This document shows positions 1 through 9,388 of a DNA stretch of 54,775 nt, in pieces. A program made the translations under genes and the position numbers. The stretch's first letter is position 1. Every line of letters starts with the position of its first letter. The DNA lies in contig CAYZYT010000015.1 of NCBI GenBank assembly GCA_964482725.1, positions 1-54,775 on the forward strand. Direction: 5' to 3'. Below the pieces are notes generated by a model. It saw nothing but the letters and a program-made list of their open reading frames with translations, was not told the DNA's origin and searched no databases. Source of the stretch: an uncultured bacterium. Lineage in GTDB: Bacteria; Omnitrophota; Omnitrophia; Omnitrophales; Aquincolibacteriaceae.

Positions 1-74
1 AAGTCAAGACTCCGACCGCGCTCACCGGTGTTCGCGGCACGGTGTTTGAAGTGACGGTTCGGGAAAAGGCCTAA
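1..74 (+). CDS. 3' end of a FecR-domain protein (partial, runs off the window start)
   Basis: Frame from nt 3 reads VKTPTALTGVRGTVFEVTVREKA*; TPTA..GVRGT.F.V is the typical FecR-domain motif; TAA at 72-74. Confidence 0.7.
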   Translation, partial: VKTPTALTGVRGTVFEVTVREKA

Positions 75-77
75 AAC

Positions 78-185
78 AGACCACAGACTAGAGACCAGAG
101 ACTGGAATTTTGGAACGTACGACGGGCGTTTGGTTTTGAGTCTCGTGTCTCGAGTCTCTCGTCTCTCGTCTCTCGTCCCAAGTCT
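78..185. repeat. Inverted heptamer-repeat element, AGAC type: (AGACNNN)4 ... (NNGTCTC)6-7
   Basis: AGACCAC AGACTAG AGACCAG AGACTGG, spacer, then GAGTCTC GTGTCTC GAGTCTC TCGTCTC TCGTCTC; sister copy at 25043-25119. Confidence 0.85.
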
Positions 186-247
186 TATCACTCACTGCTG
201 CCGTTGAGAGGCTTGCATCCTTTGCAGGGATTGATTAATATCCTCCC

Positions 248-1378
248 ATGAGCACTCCCGAAAAACAGCATCAAGCGACACATGAGCTCGGACGTGTCTA
301 TGACTCGATCACGGACAGCAAAGTTCTCACCGAATTTTTCCTGACCACCGTATCCCGGTTCATCCCCGCACGGCAAAGCTTTCTTCTCCTCGCGGCCCGG
401 AACAAAACCCTTTTATTGGAAGCCGCCGTGCCTGCTGCCGGAGAAATCCCGACGGACCTCGCGGCGGAGGCTCAAAAAATATTTGAAGACGGAAAGCCTT
501 GCGCGGTGAAAGGACGCCTGTTCCTTCCTTTGATCGCCCGGAACAGTGTCATGGGGATCGCGTGCTTGGAAAGATCGGACGAAATGCCTGCCTTTACACC
601 GGAAGAGCTCGGGATCGGGTTCGATCTGACATCGGAATTTTCCGGAGCGCTCAAGAACATCCTGCTTTTTGAAGAGAACATCAAAATGGAACGCTTGGCC
701 GCGGTCGGACAGGCCATGGGCATGGTGGTCCACGAGATCAAGAACATCATGCAGCTCGCGCGCTTTTCGGATGAAATGACCCGCATGGGGCTCAAAGAGA
801 AGAATGAGAAATTTCTCACGACCGGGCTGGCAAAAATGGAAAAAACGTTGAAGGAAATGGACGGTTTTATCTGGGAGATGTTGAGCCTGACGAAAGATTA
901 TCAGCTGGAGCCCGAAAAGGTGGACTTGGCAGCGATCCTGGCGGAACTCCAGAGCGATCTCGACGAACGGGCGGGAGGCTATCACATCCGGCTTGATTTT
1001 AAAACAGATCCGGGTTTCCCGGCCGTGGAAGGGGATGGGCGATCCCTTTATCGAGCGCTTCTGAATCTGGTGAAGAACGCCTTTGAGGCATTTCAGGATA
1101 AAAAAGATGCCTGCATCAAGATCGGCGCCCGGATCAAAGATGACGAGCATTATGAACTGATCGTGGAAGATAATGCCTGCGGGATGAGCGAAGAGGTGAA
1201 GGCGAAACTTTTTGAGGCGTTTTTTTCTACCAAAGGAAAGCGCGGAACGGGACTCGGGCTCATGGTCGTTGCCCGCACCGCGAAAATGCATCAAGGTGCC
1301 GTGCGTGTCGAAAGCCAGCTTGGTGTGGGGACGAAATTCATCCTGACACTTCGGCGGTCTTTCCCCAAGGTCCCCTAA
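248..1378 (+). CDS. GAF-like sensor histidine kinase (HisKA + HATPase_c)
   Basis: H-box VVHEIKN, N-box NLVKNAFEA, G boxes DNACGM, FFSTK..GTGLGL. Confidence 0.9.
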   Translation: MSTPEKQHQATHELGRVYDSITDSKVLTEFFLTTVSRFIPARQSFLLLAARNKTLLLEAAVPAAGEIPTDLAAEAQKIFEDGKPCAVKGRLFLPLIARNSVMGIACLERSDEMPAFTPEELGIGFDLTSEFSGALKNILLFEENIKMERLAAVGQAMGMVVHEIKNIMQLARFSDEMTRMGLKEKNEKFLTTGLAKMEKTLKEMDGFIWEMLSLTKDYQLEPEKVDLAAILAELQSDLDERAGGYHIRLDFKTDPGFPAVEGDGRSLYRALLNLVKNAFEAFQDKKDACIKIGARIKDDEHYELIVEDNACGMSEEVKAKLFEAFFSTKGKRGTGLGLMVVARTAKMHQGAVRVESQLGVGTKFILTLRRSFPKVP

Positions 1379-1428
1379 TTCTCAACCGCTCGTCGTTTTA
1401 ATTTTCCAAGGGAATGCTGGAAAACCCC

Positions 1429-1508
1429 GTCATCCTGAGCGATGTAAAACGTCGCGAAGGATCTGCGTTCGAGATTTTTCTCTCGCCGGGGGCGAGATCA
1501 GCGCTGAC
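1429..1508. repeat. REP-like palindromic element, GTCAT(T/C)CTGAG family (degenerate right end)
   Basis: GTCATCCTGAGC..GCGAAGGATCT..AGAT..TCAGCGCTGAC; related copies at 2494, 6783, 12026, 17718, 25463, 47895. Confidence 0.7.
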
Positions 1509-1630
1509 CTTGTCAAAAATTTAAAGTGGGCAGTGCAGTCCAAGTCGCCATTTTTATAAAAAAATAAAGACTTGGACAGAATAACGCAAGCGGATTTTTC
1601 AGTTGCGGGCACATTCACAGGAGCAAACGT

Positions 1631-2464
1631 ATGCCGGAACGTAAAAAAATAGGACTTTTAACCTCCTTTACGAGCGAGATCTTCAAAGGCGAGTATTTTG
1701 TCAGGATCATTACAGGGGTCATCAACGCTTTTTGGAATACGAATTATCAGCTGAAATTGATCACGGTGAGGGAAGATGAAGACCCCGCGGCCCGTCTGGC
1801 GGAAGAAGCGGTGGAGGGGCTGCTCTTTCTGACGTGGAGGATCCACGGTTCTTTTCTTGAGGCGGCCCGGAAGGCCGGGATTCCCACCGTTGTGATCAAT
1901 GATTTTGAACCGGGCTTTTCCGGCAGCATCATTTATGGCGACAATCGCGCGGGGGTTGAACAGAGCTTGCAGCATCTGAAAAAGACCGGGCGCACCAAGG
2001 TCGGCATGCTTCACGCGCCGGAGGACGCTTCAATCGATTCGCGGGAAAGACACAAGCTTTGGGAGGAACTGCTGGGGCGGTATGAGCTGACGGCCGACCC
2101 GGCGCATTACCGTAAGTGTGATTATTATTTTGAAGAGGACGGCTATCTCAAGATGCTGGATATTATCCATAACAACAAGATCCTGCCGCAAGCCATGCTG
2201 TGTTTTAATGACGATATCGCGATCGGAGCTTTGCGGGCTTTAAAGGAAAGCTGGATCATGTGCCCTGCGCAGGTGGCGGTGATCGGGTATGACGGGATCT
2301 TTAAAGGGAAAGTCGTGGAGCCTTCTCTGACCACGATCAGCCAGCCTCTGGAGGCTATGGGGGCTGAAATGGTCCGCACGGTCATTGGCTTGATCGAAGA
2401 AACAATGGAAGAGCCGGTCCAGAAAAAATTTACCCCGGAGCTTGTGATCCGCAGATCGTGCTAA
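1631..2464 (+). CDS. LacI/GalR-family ligand-binding domain protein lacking the N-terminal HTH
   Basis: CFNDDIAIGAL, VAVIGYDG, PSLTTISQP, ELVIRRSC motifs; AGGAG RBS; protein begins directly at the binding domain (KKIGLL). Confidence 0.85.
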   Translation: MPERKKIGLLTSFTSEIFKGEYFVRIITGVINAFWNTNYQLKLITVREDEDPAARLAEEAVEGLLFLTWRIHGSFLEAARKAGIPTVVINDFEPGFSGSIIYGDNRAGVEQSLQHLKKTGRTKVGMLHAPEDASIDSRERHKLWEELLGRYELTADPAHYRKCDYYFEEDGYLKMLDIIHNNKILPQAMLCFNDDIAIGALRALKESWIMCPAQVAVIGYDGIFKGKVVEPSLTTISQPLEAMGAEMVRTVIGLIEETMEEPVQKKFTPELVIRRSC

Positions 2465-2493
2465 TCAGCAAAGAGGTATTTTTTTGAGGATGT

Positions 2494-2570
2494 GTCATTC
2501 TGAGGGTTCCCGAGGAACCTGAAGAATCTCACGGAAAGCAGATCTTTCGCTACCCTTCGCTCAGGATGAC
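2494..2570. repeat. REP-like palindromic element, GTCAT(T/C)CTGAG family, between convergent genes
   Basis: GTCATTCTGAG...GAAGAATCT...AGATCTTTCG...CTCAGGATGAC. Confidence 0.85.
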
Positions 2571-2610
2571 GGGTTCGAGGGCTTTCTTGTCCGTACCGTT
2601 TGAAGCTTCG

Positions 2611-4029
2611 TCACGGGATCACAACCGTCAGTGCCGTGATGTCATCGTGTTGGTCGGCGCCCGTTGTGAACTTTCGAACATCCTCGAAGATCCTCTCCGA
2701 ATATCCGGAAGCTGAGCCAGCTTCTTCTTTGACACATTCCGCGAGCCGTTCGATGGTGTATTCTCTTCCGCGCTTGTCACGCGCCTCCACCACACCGTCC
2801 GTATAAAGGAAGAGAGCGTCGCCTTTTTCCAGGCGGGCGGTGTTCAGGAAAAAAGAAGTCTCCGCCATCAGCCCCAGGGGCGGGCTTTGCGCGCCTTTCA
2901 GCACCTCGGTCGTACCCTCCGTGAATTTTCTCAAAAGGACCGGAAGGTGCCCCGCCGAAGAATATTGGACTGTATTGGTGTTTTTGTCGATCAGAAGACA
3001 GATCATCGTCAGGAACATCCCGAACGGACTGTTGACTGAAAGGCGCTGGTTGAGGGCGGTTAAAAGCTCCGCCGGGTCTTTGGCCTGGGGCGCAAGGAAC
3101 CGGTACTCCGACATGGCGCGTACCATATAGAGGGCCGCGGGAACCCCCTTGCCGGACACATCGCCCAGGATAACACCGACACGATCCCCGTCGAGAGCGA
3201 TCACATCGTAAAGGTCGCCGCCCACGTCAAATGCCGGGAGCGTGAGCGCGCAAAGGTCCACTCCATACCGTCGGTGGGTGAGGTCCGGGAGGAAATTTTG
3301 CTGGATCTCATGAGCGATCTTCAGGGCCTGCTTGGCTTTTTCCTGTTTGACGATCTCTCCGTGAAGCTGCGCGTTCTCGATCGCGATGGCCGCCTGGTCG
3401 GCGAAGGTCTCAAAAAGATCCAGATCTTCCTGGTTGAAGCCGCCCTGCGAAGACGGGCGAGCCTCGTCCTGTTTTTTAGGCGGGCCGCCGTGGGCGAGCC
3501 TCGCCTTCCCTGATTGTTTTTCCGGGAAGGTAGGCGGGCCTGCGCGGCGCAGGGGATTGATGGCTTGGAGGACGCCGATGACCTTCCCCCTGGCTTTCAT
3601 AGGAACACAGAGGATCGCCCGCGTGACGAAACCCGTGGAATCGTCAAAGCGCCTGGCGAAGCGCGGATCCTTGTGAGGGGCATTGACGATCTCGGGTTTC
3701 CCGGAGGCTGCGACGGAACCGGCGATCCCTTCGCCCATCTTTACGCGGAATTTTTCTTCCAGCTCCGCGCCTTTGCCGCCGAGCGCCACGCGGAAGACGA
3801 GTTCTTGAGAGGTCTCGTCGATCAGCAGGAGGGATGCGACTTCGGAGCGCATGACCTCGGAGGATGTTGTCATGATAAGCGCGAGCAGTTCGTTCAGTTG
3901 GAGCGTGGAATTAAGCACCTTCGTCAGGGCCAGGACTTTGCGGAGATTTTCAACAGTATGATCCTGAGAAATGCTTTTTTCGGAACAGCGCCTGACTTTT
4001 TTGCGTCGGGGTCCGAGGGCTTTGCGCAT
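2611..4029 (-). CDS. GAF + SpoIIE/RsbU-type PP2C phosphatase, with a 35-aa palindrome-derived insert in the GAF domain
   Basis: GAF (GEGIAG.VA, ILCVPM, AAIAIENA); PP2C motifs VGGDLYD, GDVSGKG, LYTDGVVEA, DDIT. Confidence 0.9.
   Translation of the reverse strand: MRKALGPRRKKVRRCSEKSISQDHTVENLRKVLALTKVLNSTLQLNELLALIMTTSSEVMRSEVASLLLIDETSQELVFRVALGGKGAELEEKFRVKMGEGIAGSVAASGKPEIVNAPHKDPRFARRFDDSTGFVTRAILCVPMKARGKVIGVLQAINPLRRAGPPTFPEKQSGKARLAHGGPPKKQDEARPSSQGGFNQEDLDLFETFADQAAIAIENAQLHGEIVKQEKAKQALKIAHEIQQNFLPDLTHRRYGVDLCALTLPAFDVGGDLYDVIALDGDRVGVILGDVSGKGVPAALYMVRAMSEYRFLAPQAKDPAELLTALNQRLSVNSPFGMFLTMICLLIDKNTNTVQYSSAGHLPVLLRKFTEGTTEVLKGAQSPPLGLMAETSFFLNTARLEKGDALFLYTDGVVEARDKRGREYTIERLAECVKEEAGSASGYSERIFEDVRKFTTGADQHDDITALTVVIP
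3439..3541 (-). repeat. In-frame palindromic insert, two tandem units of the GGCCCGCCTA..GGCGAGGCTCGCCC family
   Basis: Closely matches the single unit at 11340-11409; encodes AGPPTFPEKQSGKARLAHGGPPKKQDEARPSSQGG. Confidence 0.85.
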
Positions 4030-4038
4030 GGAGAGCTC

Positions 4039-4746
4039 CTAGAGGATCTTTTGAAATAATAAAGTGATCAGAACGGCATAGTTCAGACTGAAAAGAAAGG
4101 CCGTCAGGTCCCTCAAGGGTTTAATCGGCAAACGGAACACGCCGACGCAGGGGATGAGGAGCAGCATCCAGGGCGAGGTGCATGCGAGCAGAACCCAGGC
4201 CACGAGCGATCTTTCGAAGATCGCATAGGCGAGCTCTGAAGAGCTGATCAAATAAAGGGGCGGGCGCCCCTTGAAATAACTTTTGGCGAAAGCGTTCAGG
4301 ACATAACTTCCGGCGAACGTGAGGATGATAAAAAAGATGGCGCCCGAGGTCCAGATTGGGGTTCTGTAAAGCGCGTCGAGAAGCGCGGAATCCGGGAATC
4401 CTCGGACGACGTGGCTGATCGGGAAAAGAAAAATAGCGCTGATCACAAGGACATGGCAGAGTTGATCGGCCATGAAATAAAGAAAAGTATGAGACGGATT
4501 TTTTTGGGTGATCGAGTACTTGATAAGGTCTTGCACCAGGTGGACCAGGACAAGACCGGCCACGAAGAGCCAGATCTGGGGGAGGTTTAGGTAAGGATAG
4601 AGAAGGACGAGGGAGACGAGGCCCTGGATCAGGGCATGGAGGAGTTGTCCTAGGAAATGCCGGACCTTGAGCTGGTAAAGCTCCTCGAACTGGAGGATGA
4701 AGTCCGCGATCAAATGCGCCAAAATAAGTTTTAAAAAGATAAACAT
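4039..4746 (-). CDS. DUF3307-like membrane protein
   Basis: N-terminal LAHLIADFILQ, conserved His residues and DQLCH motif; several hydrophobic segments. Confidence 0.7.
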   Translation of the reverse strand: MFIFLKLILAHLIADFILQFEELYQLKVRHFLGQLLHALIQGLVSLVLLYPYLNLPQIWLFVAGLVLVHLVQDLIKYSITQKNPSHTFLYFMADQLCHVLVISAIFLFPISHVVRGFPDSALLDALYRTPIWTSGAIFFIILTFAGSYVLNAFAKSYFKGRPPLYLISSSELAYAIFERSLVAWVLLACTSPWMLLLIPCVGVFRLPIKPLRDLTAFLFSLNYAVLITLLFQKIL

Positions 4747-4756
4747 GCCGCCTTTA

Positions 4757-4873
4757 CCCCGTTAGAGATAAGAAGTGCCGTTGGCACTTCTGTCTATGTG
4801 ACAGGATCGTCTGAACAAACCCTGTGATGCCAGGTGAATATTAAAAATAATCGGCCCCGAATCTCTAACGGGG
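4757..4873. mobile_element. MITE-like element with 13-bp terminal inverted repeats CCCCGTTAGAGAT
   Basis: CCCCGTTAGAGAT (4757-4769) and ATCTCTAACGGGG (4861-4873); internal hairpin AGAAGTGCC-GTT-GGCACTTCT; solo ends at 9916 and 10547. Confidence 0.7.
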
Positions 4874-4896
4874 CAAGTTATTATGGCATTTTTCCG

Positions 4897-4983
4897 GTCC
4901 TTGTCCAAAAAGATTCTCAAGGGTTGACAAGGACCGCCCCAATTTCACTTCGTGGGAATTGATAGGTATTGGGACGGCTCTTG
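4897..4983. repeat. Double-hairpin repeat, second copy at 21742-21829
   Basis: GTCCTTGTC..GACAAGGAC followed by GCCCCAATTTC..GAATTGATA.GTATTGGGAC in both copies. Confidence 0.75.
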
Positions 4984-5051
4984 AGAAGTTTTTATTTGGC
5001 AGGCCGGAGCACCTGAGCCATGAGCCAAGGACCCTCGGAAGGGGGATCTGG

Positions 5052-5588
5052 CTAATGGGGCTGGAAACCGATCGGGCCTTTGGGTTTGGGGTCGGGTGGG
5101 GCGAGGAGTTCGTGTAAAGCATCAAAAACGATCTTGAATTGCCCGTCATATTTTCGCTCCATCGCCTCGATTTTCTTCCGCAGCTTCCCGTGCGTCTCAA
5201 GCATATGACGCAATTTTGAAAAAATGCGCATGATCTGGACATTGACCCGTATGGCTGTTTTACTTTTGAGGACGCTCGAAAGCATTGCAACGCCCTGTTC
5301 TGTGAAAACGTAAGGGAGGTATTTCATATTCTGGCCCTGTTTCAAGGTCACAAATTGTGACCTTGAATTTCGCGCCTCCTCCCAGTTTAATCGGAACATA
5401 AAGTCTTTGGGGAACCGGTCTGGGTTCCTTTTAACAGCTTGGATCAAAACCTTGACTTGTATGCCGTACAGTTTTGCCAGATCACTATCCAACATGACTT
5501 TCCGTCCTCGCAGAAAATAGATCTTGGATTGGATAGCATTTTCAGGGACAAGCGGCGCTTTTTTTATCCGGAAAGCAGTTGGGTCCAT
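5052..5588 (-). CDS. ORF6N (KilA-N-like) domain DNA-binding protein
   Basis: IYFLRGRKVMLDSDLAKLYG, RFPKDFMFRL, LPYVFTEQGVAMLSSVL, terminal PIGF. Confidence 0.9.
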   Translation of the reverse strand: MDPTAFRIKKAPLVPENAIQSKIYFLRGRKVMLDSDLAKLYGIQVKVLIQAVKRNPDRFPKDFMFRLNWEEARNSRSQFVTLKQGQNMKYLPYVFTEQGVAMLSSVLKSKTAIRVNVQIMRIFSKLRHMLETHGKLRKKIEAMERKYDGQFKIVFDALHELLAPPDPKPKGPIGFQPH

Positions 5589-5695
5589 GGAAAGACGCTA
5601 TCATATTATTTATTATAAATCAAATAAATATTATAAATAGTTATTTTCTTGAATCCGAGGATGGGTGGGGTATGGAGGTTGGGAGAGGGAGGACC

Positions 5696-6742
5696 CTATC
5701 CGGCGAAATATTTTTTTCGGATCCAGAGCGCGACGGCGACAAGCGAGATCAGGACCGGGACTTCCACGAGCGGGCCGATCACGGCCGTAAACGCCACTCC
5801 GGAATGGATCCCAAAGACCGCCACGGAGACTGCGATCGCAAGCTCAAAGTTATTACTCGCCGCGGTAAAAGAGAGCGTGGCGCATTGGCCGTAGGGCGCG
5901 CCGATCTTTTTACTCATAAAAAACGAGATCAGGAACATGACGACAAAATAAATGAGAAGAGGGATCGCGATCCGGACGACATCCAGCGGGATCCGGACGA
6001 TCGTTTCTCCTTTTAAGGAAAACATGACGACGATCGTGAAGAGCAAAGCGATGAGCGTGATGGGACTGATTGCTGGAATAAATTTTGTCTCATACCAGGT
6101 CTTATCTTTAACCTTAAGCAAGATGAATCGCGTCAGGATGCCCGCGAGGAACGGAATGCCGAGATAGATGAAAACACTTTTGGCGATCTGGCCCATGGTG
6201 ATATCCACTACGGTGCTTTGTAATCCGAACCACCGCGGCAGGACCGTGATGAAGACCCAGGCGTAAAGTGAAAAAAATAAAACCTGGAAGATCGAGTTGA
6301 ACGCGACAAGCCCCGCGCAATATTCCGTGTCGCCTTCCGCGAGTTCGTTCCAGACAATGACCATGGCGATGCAGCGCGCGAGACCGATCATGATAAGCCC
6401 CACCATGTATTCCGGGTAATCGCGAAGGAAGATGATCGCCAGAGCGAACATCAAAATGGGACCGATGACCCAATTTTGGACGAGCGACAGGAGCAGCACA
6501 CGGGTGTTCTTGAAGACATCCCCCAGTTCTTCGTATTTTACCTTGGCGAGCGGGGGATACATCATGAGGATGAGGCCGATCGCGATCGGGATATTGGTCG
6601 TGCCCACCTGAAACTTGTTCCAGAACCCGACGACCGGCGGATAGAAATATCCTGCCGCGACGCCGAGGCCCATGCCGAGGAAGATCCAAAGCGTCAAAAA
6701 ACGGTCTAAAAACGATAATTGCTTCTTAGGACATTCATTCAT
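5696..6742 (-). CDS. acr3: ACR3-family arsenite efflux transporter
   Basis: [39 protein letters not shown]; start placed at ATG 6742 with GGGAGG RBS. Confidence 0.95.
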   Translation of the reverse strand: MNECPKKQLSFLDRFLTLWIFLGMGLGVAAGYFYPPVVGFWNKFQVGTTNIPIAIGLILMMYPPLAKVKYEELGDVFKNTRVLLLSLVQNWVIGPILMFALAIIFLRDYPEYMVGLIMIGLARCIAMVIVWNELAEGDTEYCAGLVAFNSIFQVLFFSLYAWVFITVLPRWFGLQSTVVDITMGQIAKSVFIYLGIPFLAGILTRFILLKVKDKTWYETKFIPAISPITLIALLFTIVVMFSLKGETIVRIPLDVVRIAIPLLIYFVVMFLISFFMSKKIGAPYGQCATLSFTAASNNFELAIAVSVAVFGIHSGVAFTAVIGPLVEVPVLISLVAVALWIRKKYFAG

Positions 6743-6782
6743 AAAATTCCTCCCGCGCTGTTTGTTGAAAAATTCTAGAGGT

Positions 6783-6859
6783 GTCATTCTGAGCCGTTAA
6801 GAGGCGAAGAATCTCGAATGCAGATCCTTCGCGATGTTTTGTATTACTCAGGAGGATGC
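6783..6859. repeat. REP-like palindromic element, GTCAT(T/C)CTGAG family
   Basis: GTCATTCTGAG..GCGAAGAATCT..AGATCCTTCGC..CTCAGG. Confidence 0.75.
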
Positions 6860-6875
6860 TGTTTCCAGCAGTCTC

Positions 6876-7559
6876 CTAGAGCCAGTAGGCCCAGATATAA
6901 TAGATGCCCGCGCCGATGAAGATCACGCCTGTGATCTTGCGCGTATAAAGTTCGATCCTCGTTAGTTTGTGAAACACATGACTTAGAGAAGCGACTCCGA
7001 GAGCGATGGCCAGGGAAAAACCAAGTACCGGAAGGCCCGTGCCGATCCCGTAAATAAACGGAAGGATCGCGCCTGCGGGATGGTTCAGAGCCAGAGGAAT
7101 GAGACTTCCGAAAAAGAGTGCCGCGGATATGGGACAGAACGCCAGCGCAAAAATGAAGCCCAGTAAAAAAGCTCCCGGCGCGCCGGAGTCTGCGAGCTTG
7201 CTGTGGTGTTGATGGGAAAGAGAAAGGCCGGGCAGGCGAACGGTGATGACCTCAAACAGGAGAAGTCCCGTCACGATCAAAACCGGACCCAGCGCTTTCC
7301 CCATATATTTCTGTAAGAAGAGTGCGGTCTGCGGGACGCTTACGAGAGAATGAATGATGATCCAGCCCACCGCGGCGTAAGAGACCATTCTGCCGAGGGT
7401 GTAGGCCAGACCTGAAAGGAAAACAGCCGTCGGGTGTGCGATCTTTTTTGACAGGAAAGAGACCGCGGCGATATTCGCCGTCAGGGGGCAGGGACTGAGC
7501 GAGGTCAAAATGCCGAGCCACAGCGCGGACAGCGCGCAAAGCCAAAAGGGGTCCATCAA
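6876..7559 (-). CDS. CcdA/DsbD-like membrane protein (ArsG-like organoarsenical efflux permease)
   Basis: TSLSPCPL and LAFCPISA Cys motifs; about six TM segments; lies in the ars cluster. Confidence 0.75.
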   Translation of the reverse strand: MMDPFWLCALSALWLGILTSLSPCPLTANIAAVSFLSKKIAHPTAVFLSGLAYTLGRMVSYAAVGWIIIHSLVSVPQTALFLQKYMGKALGPVLIVTGLLLFEVITVRLPGLSLSHQHHSKLADSGAPGAFLLGFIFALAFCPISAALFFGSLIPLALNHPAGAILPFIYGIGTGLPVLGFSLAIALGVASLSHVFHKLTRIELYTRKITGVIFIGAGIYYIWAYWL

Positions 7560-7990
7560 TTCTCCTTTAAGAACGCAGCCACTTCGTCCCGAACATAATT
7601 CTCGTATCGGTCTTTGTTCCCGACATATTCCCAGATCTTATCAAGGTTCTTGGCACGGACCTCTTTGCCGTTTTTTGTGAATGAAAGGACAAGGGATTTT
7701 GTGTAAAGCTGGTAGTCCTTCATATAGTGTTCGTTGCCTTGACCTTCCACATTCACGATCTTGAAGGTGAGCTTTCCGGAAGCTAAGGAGTCCTTGAAAT
7801 TACTTTCGATGGATTCTTTGGCATATTGCTCCAGCTTATGGCAGGTGGGGCAGCGGAAGGTCCCGTGAAAATAATAGGCCGTGACCGTGCCGCCTGCGGG
7901 AGCTTCCTCGGCGAAGGACGGAGGAGTTCCGAAAAACAAATGGCTTGCCAGAGCAATAGCTATCAGAAGAGTGAGAAGATAATTTTTCAT
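7556..7990 (-). CDS. Exported thioredoxin-like protein (ArsF-like)
   Basis: Signal peptide and YYFHGTFRCPTC motif; overlaps the next gene. Confidence 0.75.
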   Translation of the reverse strand: MKNYLLTLLIAIALASHLFFGTPPSFAEEAPAGGTVTAYYFHGTFRCPTCHKLEQYAKESIESNFKDSLASGKLTFKIVNVEGQGNEHYMKDYQLYTKSLVLSFTKNGKEVRAKNLDKIWEYVGNKDRYENYVRDEVAAFLKEN

Positions 7991-8036
7991 TTTTAACTCC
8001 CGTTATTTTATAAGATCTTCTGAAAAAATGAAGCCT

Positions 8037-8098
8037 GTCATCCCCGCGAAGGCGGGGATCCAGAGAGTGGATTCCCGATTTAAGCATTCGGGAATGAC
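8037..8098. repeat. Palindromic element GTCATCCCCG..GGGGATCC..GGATTCCCG..CGGGAATGAC
   Basis: Terminal GTCAT/ATGAC with two internal hairpins; second copy at 51751-51811. Confidence 0.85.
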
Positions 8099-8123
8099 AA
8101 AAAAGTGTTTACCTTAGGTTCCT

Positions 8124-8363
8124 TTATTTCGCGAGGATCTTTTTGATCTCGTCCTTGTTCAGTAATTTCCCCGATGAGACCACGGTGCCGTCGACCACCA
8201 GGGCCGGAGTGATCATGACGCCATACCCGATGATCTTGTCGATCTCCGCGACCTTCACGATCTCGGCGGTGATGGAGAGTTCTTTGACCGCGACTTCCGC
8301 GTTGGCGGTGAGCTGCTTGCATTTCGGACAACCGCTTCCGAGAATTTCAATTTTCATTGTCAT
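8124..8363 (-). CDS. Small redox-active disulfide protein (thioredoxin_3/MTH895-like)
   Basis: IEILGSGCPKC, YGVMITPALVVDG; start could be 8378, 8363 or 8357. Confidence 0.9.
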   Translation of the reverse strand: MTMKIEILGSGCPKCKQLTANAEVAVKELSITAEIVKVAEIDKIIGYGVMITPALVVDGTVVSSGKLLNKDEIKKILAK

Positions 8364-8374
8364 GGGTCTCCGAT

Positions 8375-9388
8375 TCACAGTAGCCAGTTAAAAAGAAACC
8401 CGATCAGCATGATGCCGGAGCCGACTACGCCCAAAAATACGGCGATCAGCTGCGGCTTTAAAACTTTGCGCAAAATAATAGTTTCCGGGAGCGAGAGGCC
8501 GATGACCGACATCATGAAGGCCAGGACCGTGCCGAGCGCGGCCCCTTTTTCCAGGAGCGCCTGCACCACCGGGATGATCCCCGCCGCGTTGGAGTAAAGA
8601 GGGATGCCGATCAAAACCGAGACCGGCACCGACCACCACGCTTTTTTGCCCATCACCGAGGCCAGAAAGTTCTCCGGGACGAATCCATGGATGAAGGCTC
8701 CCACCGCGATCCCCAGAAGAACAAAGAGCCAGACCTTGCCGACGATATCCTTGACCGCCCGCCCTCCGGCAGATATCCGGCCGGGCCATGTCAGCTTTTC
8801 TTCTTCGACCGAGCTGGCCATGGATTGATAAACCCAGTCTTCCACATATTTCTCCATATGCAGCCGGCCGATCAGCCAACCTGCGGCAAACGCGATCGCC
8901 AGGCCGGTCCCAAGGTAGAGAAGCGCGATCTTCCATCCGAACAGGCCGAAGAGAAGCACCAGGGCGATCTCGTTCACCATGGGCGCTGATATAAGGAAGG
9001 AAAGCGTGACACCCAGAGGAACGCCCGCAGTCACAAATCCGATAAAGAGAGGCACTGCGGAGCAAGAACAGAAGGGCGTTACCACGCCCAGAAGAGAAGC
9101 CAGGATATTCCCGACATACTCCTTTTTCCCGACGAGCATCTGACGTGTGCGCTGGGGCGTGAAGAATGTCCGGATCATCCCCACCCCAAAGACCACGAGG
9201 GCTAAGAGCATCAGTACCTTGGGGGAGTCGTACATGAAGAACTCCACGGCGGAGGCCAGGCGTGTCCCTGGGGTTAAACGGAACAGAGTGTAAGTGATCC
9301 CGTGGGAGATCGCCGGCAAATAACCATAGGTGGCGAACCACAAGACTAAAGATAAAAAAACGATCCCAAGATTTTTTTTAAGGCTCAT
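8375..9388 (-). CDS. ArsP/DUF318-family permease
   Basis: TPFCSCSAVP and IPLYSNAAG motifs; multi-TM. Confidence 0.88.
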   Translation of the reverse strand: MSLKKNLGIVFLSLVLWFATYGYLPAISHGITYTLFRLTPGTRLASAVEFFMYDSPKVLMLLALVVFGVGMIRTFFTPQRTRQMLVGKKEYVGNILASLLGVVTPFCSCSAVPLFIGFVTAGVPLGVTLSFLISAPMVNEIALVLLFGLFGWKIALLYLGTGLAIAFAAGWLIGRLHMEKYVEDWVYQSMASSVEEEKLTWPGRISAGGRAVKDIVGKVWLFVLLGIAVGAFIHGFVPENFLASVMGKKAWWSVPVSVLIGIPLYSNAAGIIPVVQALLEKGAALGTVLAFMMSVIGLSLPETIILRKVLKPQLIAVFLGVVGSGIMLIGFLFNWLL

